Shown: one piece after another, positions 59,700-64,000 of the stretch
How the letters are laid out: the number at the start of each line of letters is the position of its first letter
How positions within the stretch are numbered: position 1 is the first letter of the stretch
Assembly (NCBI GenBank): GCA_026914245.1
Contig: CP110439.1
Span: 3,534,001 to 3,598,000 of the forward strand
Length of the DNA stretch: 64,000 nt
Reading direction: 5' to 3'
From: Puccinia triticina
Lineage: Eukaryota
The notes under the pieces: generated by a model
Seen by the model: only the letters and a program-made list of their open reading frames with translations
Databases searched by the model: none
What the model was told of the DNA's origin: nothing
Program-made: the position numbers and the translations under genes

Positions 59700-60560
59700 A
59701 ACTCATGTAGCTTGGACTGGTTTTTCTGTGTAATCAAGCTCGTGTTTCAATTCTCCTGTGGGATGTTTGACTTTGTACTCAGGAAGAAACGGGAATCCAC
59801 CTATTAATGGATCCAGAGAAGATTTAGAGCTACTTGTGAGGAACAGAATGACAATTGCAGAGAGCATCAAGAAGGGTGAAGACTTGCCCTGCCCCAACAC
59901 CCTTAAAGTGGCGAGCATAGACTGAGAGGTGTTCCTAACTTGACTAAGTCCCGCCCAAGGGAGGCCTAAGGCCCTGAGGCCGGGTGAAGCGCATCCAGTC
60001 ACCTTTGGACTTAAGCTGGGAGTTTTCCACATACTGGGCACTTGATCGAGCAACATTTCTATGGTGACGGAAAGCTTGGTTAGAGAGCTGATGAGCATTC
60101 AGATTGAAGTGGCTTTCCTCAAGGAATTTCTGAGGCAAAACCAAAGCAAATAAAAAAGCAACTTGGGTTTCTTGATCAGGGTGATCAACAAACATTCCAC
60201 AATATTTCTGTTGACAGTCTTGGTGCTGAGCAGGAGACTGGACGAGTCATAGCGACACACTCTTTGATCTCATGCAGAAACAGACCCGGTTCCGACTGGA
60301 CCACTTGAATCATAAAATTGCATTTGACAGGAGTCACGCTTGCCGGTCGGCCGCACCGCTCATACAAGCTTGACAACACATCATGTTTCTTCAAAAAGAT
60401 GAATCCACCTCCAGAGCGACTGTGGAGATACCGTCACCTTGAGCAACCATTGGACGTTGTTCAACGGCAGCCCTTGTTGCGGACCACGGCGACTTTGATT
60501 TCCGGGGCGTACTTGTGATTAGGCACAATGGTGTCGAAGCTGATCGCAGAGGTGTGTATT
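59700..60560 (-). mobile_element. Degenerate Tc1/IS630-like transposase
   Basis: KYAPEIKVAVV...YERCGRP...FMIQVVQSEPGLFLHEIKE HTH-like region and frameshifted downstream pieces. Confidence 0.55.
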
Positions 60561-60786
60561 GGTCGGTGCAGGCGGCGTCGCTTGGAGATATTGGATGGGA
60601 TCAATGATGGTTGCCACCTCCTGACCACACAGCTGGATTTAGGAGGTTGTCCAACCACAGCTGGCAAGCTGTGAGCGGCAGAAACCTGGAGATAAAACAG
60701 GTGCTGTGCCCCAAACCCCATAACCTTTGCATCCAAAAATCATCTCAGAGTCCAAGCTTTAGTGAAAAGACAATACATATAGTAGG

Positions 60787-63700
60787 CGTTGTGGGGGGAT
60801 CAACCCCCGGGGGAATTTGAAATTCTGACTTTCTACCAATATCTCGCTCTATAGGTTATTGAAGCGGGGCTCTTCAGGCTGGTAGAGGCTTAGACGAAAA
60901 AAAGAGGCGCGAAGGAAAGGAAACGAACTGATCTCTGAATTTCAAGAGACAGGGCGAACTGGGGAGAACCCCTACAAAAGAGGCCACCTTAAATGGTGGC
61001 CGTGAAACTGAACTAGACAAAACAACTAGACAAGGGGCGCCAAGCCCCTGCGACTAAAACATGACGAGAGAAAGGATACAGATCGTAACTCCGGGCCGAA
61101 CCCGGTGGTGCGTCATAGGGAGCCAGCGAACCTCCTGCGTCCGGCAGGAGTCCACGTGGTCTCCTCGTGGTCGTGAGCGTACAGGGGGACTATGTCTCCC
61201 TGTATAACTGTAGCCCTGCTACAACATCCCCCCCTCTAAACGGGGGCCGTCCCGGACCCTGATGGTGGTGGGCCCAACCGGAGCTTGATTCTCCGAGCCG
61301 GCGGGTTAGCCGGGGGTGTTGCAGTAGCTGAACTCGTCACCTCGGCAGAAGCCGAAGCGTTTCTCTTGGTCTTTGCTAAGACTTTTGTTTTCCTTATTAA
61401 ATCCCGGGCCACTTTGGCCTCGGCACGCTTCTCCCGCTGAGCTATAGCAGGAGGCGCCGCCCACATGTCATTGACAATGAGTGAGCGGAGCGCTACTGGC
61501 ATGAGACTATTACCATTCACTGGTCGAGGGTACTCAACCCCAGCGTGATCAGTAATAATGTAGACATTATTGTCCAACACCTTCGTGACCGTGAAAGGTC
61601 CAAACCACCTGGGGCTGCCCTTGGTGTGCTTCTCGTTACGAAGCTTCACAGCTTGACCTTCTACTAGGCCTTGCAAGTCTCGGGCAAAAAAAGTTTTACT
61701 GTCAAATGCTTCTTTATTCTTTAATGCACGCACTGCGGTGTTGCCGGTGGACGTGGTTCTAGTTTTGTTGAGCTCTTCGATGCGGTTCTTGAGCTCCTCC
61801 TGGCCTGGTATAGCCGGTTCTGCGGCGATTATACGCCGCCGGTCTTGAGGCAGCCGAGGCTTGACTCCGTAGAGTAGCTCAAACGGAGAGAAGCCGCTGC
61901 TGTCGCTGACGTGGATTCTGGTAGAGAATAACGCGGCCGGTAAGACGTCTTCCCACCTGGAAGGGTCCCCGGACTTGTTCAGGCGAAAAATCGCCGCTTC
62001 TAGGATTCCGTTGAATCTTTCATTCTTACCGTTCGTCTGCGGGTGGTACCCGGACGTCCGGACAGGTTTCATTCCGGCCGCTGCCAGGAACTTTTGAAAC
62101 CCCGCCGAGAGATAGTTAGACCCTCGGTCGGTTAGAAATTCTTTCGGCGCTCCGAAAGGTGTAATGACGTGGTCAAAAATTACTTGGGCTATTTCGGCCG
62201 CTGAGGCCTCCTTTAATGGCACTGCTACTGGCCAGGAGGTGCAATGATCGATTGCCGTGAGGATCCACTTAAAGTGGCCCTTATAACTTTCTGGCATTTG
62301 GATCAGGTCCGAAGACCATCGCTCAAACGGGAGAACCGCTGGCAGAGGCTTCTGCAGGTCCGTTTCTTGATTTACATGCGGCCTCTCATGGATCTGGCAT
62401 GACGCGCAGGTACGGATATAACTCTGCACATCGTCGTACCTCTTCGGCCACCAACCCCGACCCCGAAGGATCTGCAAGGTGCAATCCCGGCCTCTATGGC
62501 CAAGATCGTCGTGGACGGACCGAAGCAGGTCGAATCGATACGCGAACGCCACGAACGGCGATCTTTCTTTCAATCCCGGCCGGCCTAGATACATCAAGGT
62601 CTCAGCGCCCGGATCGTACTCGAAAAATTTCAAGTTTTGTTCTGCTCGGGTCACCAATCGCTCTGGGATCCCTTCTGGTAAGTCCCTGTTTTCTAACAGG
62701 TATGGGATGATGAGGGGCCAATCTGATTCGTGTAACTGATCCGTGACCTCCTCCATCAGCGCTAGATCACTCCTTCTCGAAAGCGCGTCGGGAACAATGT
62801 TGTCGGCACCTTTCTTGTACCGAATATTGATGTCCATCTCGGCGAATTCTTCAATCCAACGAAGAAGGCGTTTCGTCGGTAGGAGCTGCGTAGACAGGTA
62901 AGCTAACGAAGCATGGTCAGTGTAGACGACCGTAGTTTCAACTGCTCCATCTAGGTATACATGCCACTTCCTCCAGGCATGGATGATCGCTAACAATTCT
63001 CTTTCTTGCGCCGGGTAGTTTACCTGCGCCTTGTTTAGCTTACAAGACTCAAACGCTACCGGGTGGAGGACGAGATCCTCTCCATCCTGTAACAGAACCG
63101 CTCCCACGGCGAAATCCGAGGCGTCGGTTTCCATCACAAAACGCTTGAGGACGTCCGGCATTAGGAGTACCGGCGCGCTTGTGAGTGCCTCCTTCAATTG
63201 CTGGAACGCTACCTCCTGGACCGGAAACCACTGAACCGGTTGCTTCTTTGTCACGCCGCCTGCTGTTAGGTCGTGCAACGGGGCCGCCATCTTAGCAAAA
63301 TTCTTCACGTATCTGCGGTAGAATCCACAGAGGCCCAAAAACGAGCGCACGTCGAAGACCGTCTGAGGTCTGGGCCACTCACGTACGCAAATCAACTTTT
63401 CTTCCATCGGCCGAATCGAATTGTATCCGATAACATGGCCGACGTATTGGATTTCCCTTAACCCAAAGGAGCATTTCGCTCCACTGCATCTCAATTCTTC
63501 ACGCCGGAGGACCTCTAGAACTCGTTCGACGTGCTTGATGTGCTCGGCTTCCGACTTCGAGTAAATCAAGATGTCGTCGAGGTACACCTGAACAAACTCA
63601 TCGATAAACTCCCGGAGCAACTGCGTCATCATTCTTTGGAACGTGCTAGGGGCGTTCACAAGCCCGAACGGCATCACTAGCCATTCGAAATGGCCGTACT

Positions 63701-64000
63701 TGGTCCCAAAAGCGGTTTTAGGTACGTCGGATTCTGCTATTTTCATTTGATGAAAACCCTGCTGTAGGTCTATCTTCGAAAAGAACCTGGCGCCTCTGAG
63801 CGCATCAAAGCACTCCTGGATTATCGGCAACGGGTGCCGATCTTTCTTGGTAAGGGAATTAACTTTTCTATAATCTACACACAGCCGCACCTTTCCTGAT
63901 GTTGGGTGCTTAACCATCACTATAGGCGACGACCACGGAGAGGTCGACGGGCGGATAAAGCCGGCTTCTTGGAGGCCGGCCAGCCGCTCTTTTAGCGTAC
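60787..64000 (-). mobile_element. Second Ty3/gypsy element, 3' half (3' LTR about 60787-61226, PPT 61227-61236)
   Basis: LTR begins TGTTGTAG (minus strand) right after the GAGGGGGGGA tract. Intact pol. Confidence 0.92.
61236..64000 (-). CDS. Gypsy Pol (RT-RNase H-integrase), 5'-truncated by the window
   Basis: RLCVDYRKVN, MPFGLVNAP, VYLDD, ETDASD, H-H-C-C, TDRGSNY, NGKNER, WFGPF. No chromodomain seen. Confidence 0.96.
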   Translation of the reverse strand, partial: TLKERLAGLQEAGFIRPSTSPWSSPIVMVKHPTSGKVRLCVDYRKVNSLTKKDRHPLPIIQECFDALRGARFFSKIDLQQGFHQMKIAESDVPKTAFGTKYGHFEWLVMPFGLVNAPSTFQRMMTQLLREFIDEFVQVYLDDILIYSKSEAEHIKHVERVLEVLRREELRCSGAKCSFGLREIQYVGHVIGYNSIRPMEEKLICVREWPRPQTVFDVRSFLGLCGFYRRYVKNFAKMAAPLHDLTAGGVTKKQPVQWFPVQEVAFQQLKEALTSAPVLLMPDVLKRFVMETDASDFAVGAVLLQDGEDLVLHPVAFESCKLNKAQVNYPAQERELLAIIHAWRKWHVYLDGAVETTVVYTDHASLAYLSTQLLPTKRLLRWIEEFAEMDINIRYKKGADNIVPDALSRRSDLALMEEVTDQLHESDWPLIIPYLLENRDLPEGIPERLVTRAEQNLKFFEYDPGAETLMYLGRPGLKERSPFVAFAYRFDLLRSVHDDLGHRGRDCTLQILRGRGWWPKRYDDVQSYIRTCASCQIHERPHVNQETDLQKPLPAVLPFERWSSDLIQMPESYKGHFKWILTAIDHCTSWPVAVPLKEASAAEIAQVIFDHVITPFGAPKEFLTDRGSNYLSAGFQKFLAAAGMKPVRTSGYHPQTNGKNERFNGILEAAIFRLNKSGDPSRWEDVLPAALFSTRIHVSDSSGFSPFELLYGVKPRLPQDRRRIIAAEPAIPGQEELKNRIEELNKTRTTSTGNTAVRALKNKEAFDSKTFFARDLQGLVEGQAVKLRNEKHTKGSPRWFGPFTVTKVLDNNVYIITDHAGVEYPRPVNGNSLMPVALRSLIVNDMWAAPPAIAQREKRAEAKVARDLIRKTKVLAKTKRNASASAEVTSSATATPPANPPARRIKLRLGPPPSGSGTAPV

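Overview
This is eukaryotic, intron-containing, very transposon-rich DNA. The host genes and element families point to a rust fungus (Pucciniales; inference). Host genes: a spliced, probably secreted Cys-containing gene (16.6-19.1 kb), ISA1, a divergent PAM18/PPR pair and an intron-containing tRNA-Leu(AAG). Mobile DNA: two nested Ty1/copia elements, a Tad1-like LINE with RNase H, a three-gene PIF/Harbinger-group (Pangu-like) element, a MULE remnant, two Ty3/gypsy elements, a Tc1/IS630 remnant and many non-autonomous TIR elements. Three observations stand out. (1) A 10.8-kb gypsy has intact but almost CpG-free gag/pol and a 3-kb accessory region holding a four-exon ANTISENSE gene, a stand-alone copy of the Gag zinc-knuckle module and a CpG island; it also has a -1 frameshift signal after the protease and a central PPT copy. 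(2) Two different GATGACC-repeat TIR elements sit at exactly the same TAA in the A-box-like motif of two copies of a tRNA-like repeat, suggesting small-RNA-gene targeting. (3) Both copia elements appear primed by half-tRNAs (Lys and Tyr) ending at tRNA position 40. All calls were made by eye; no searches were run.
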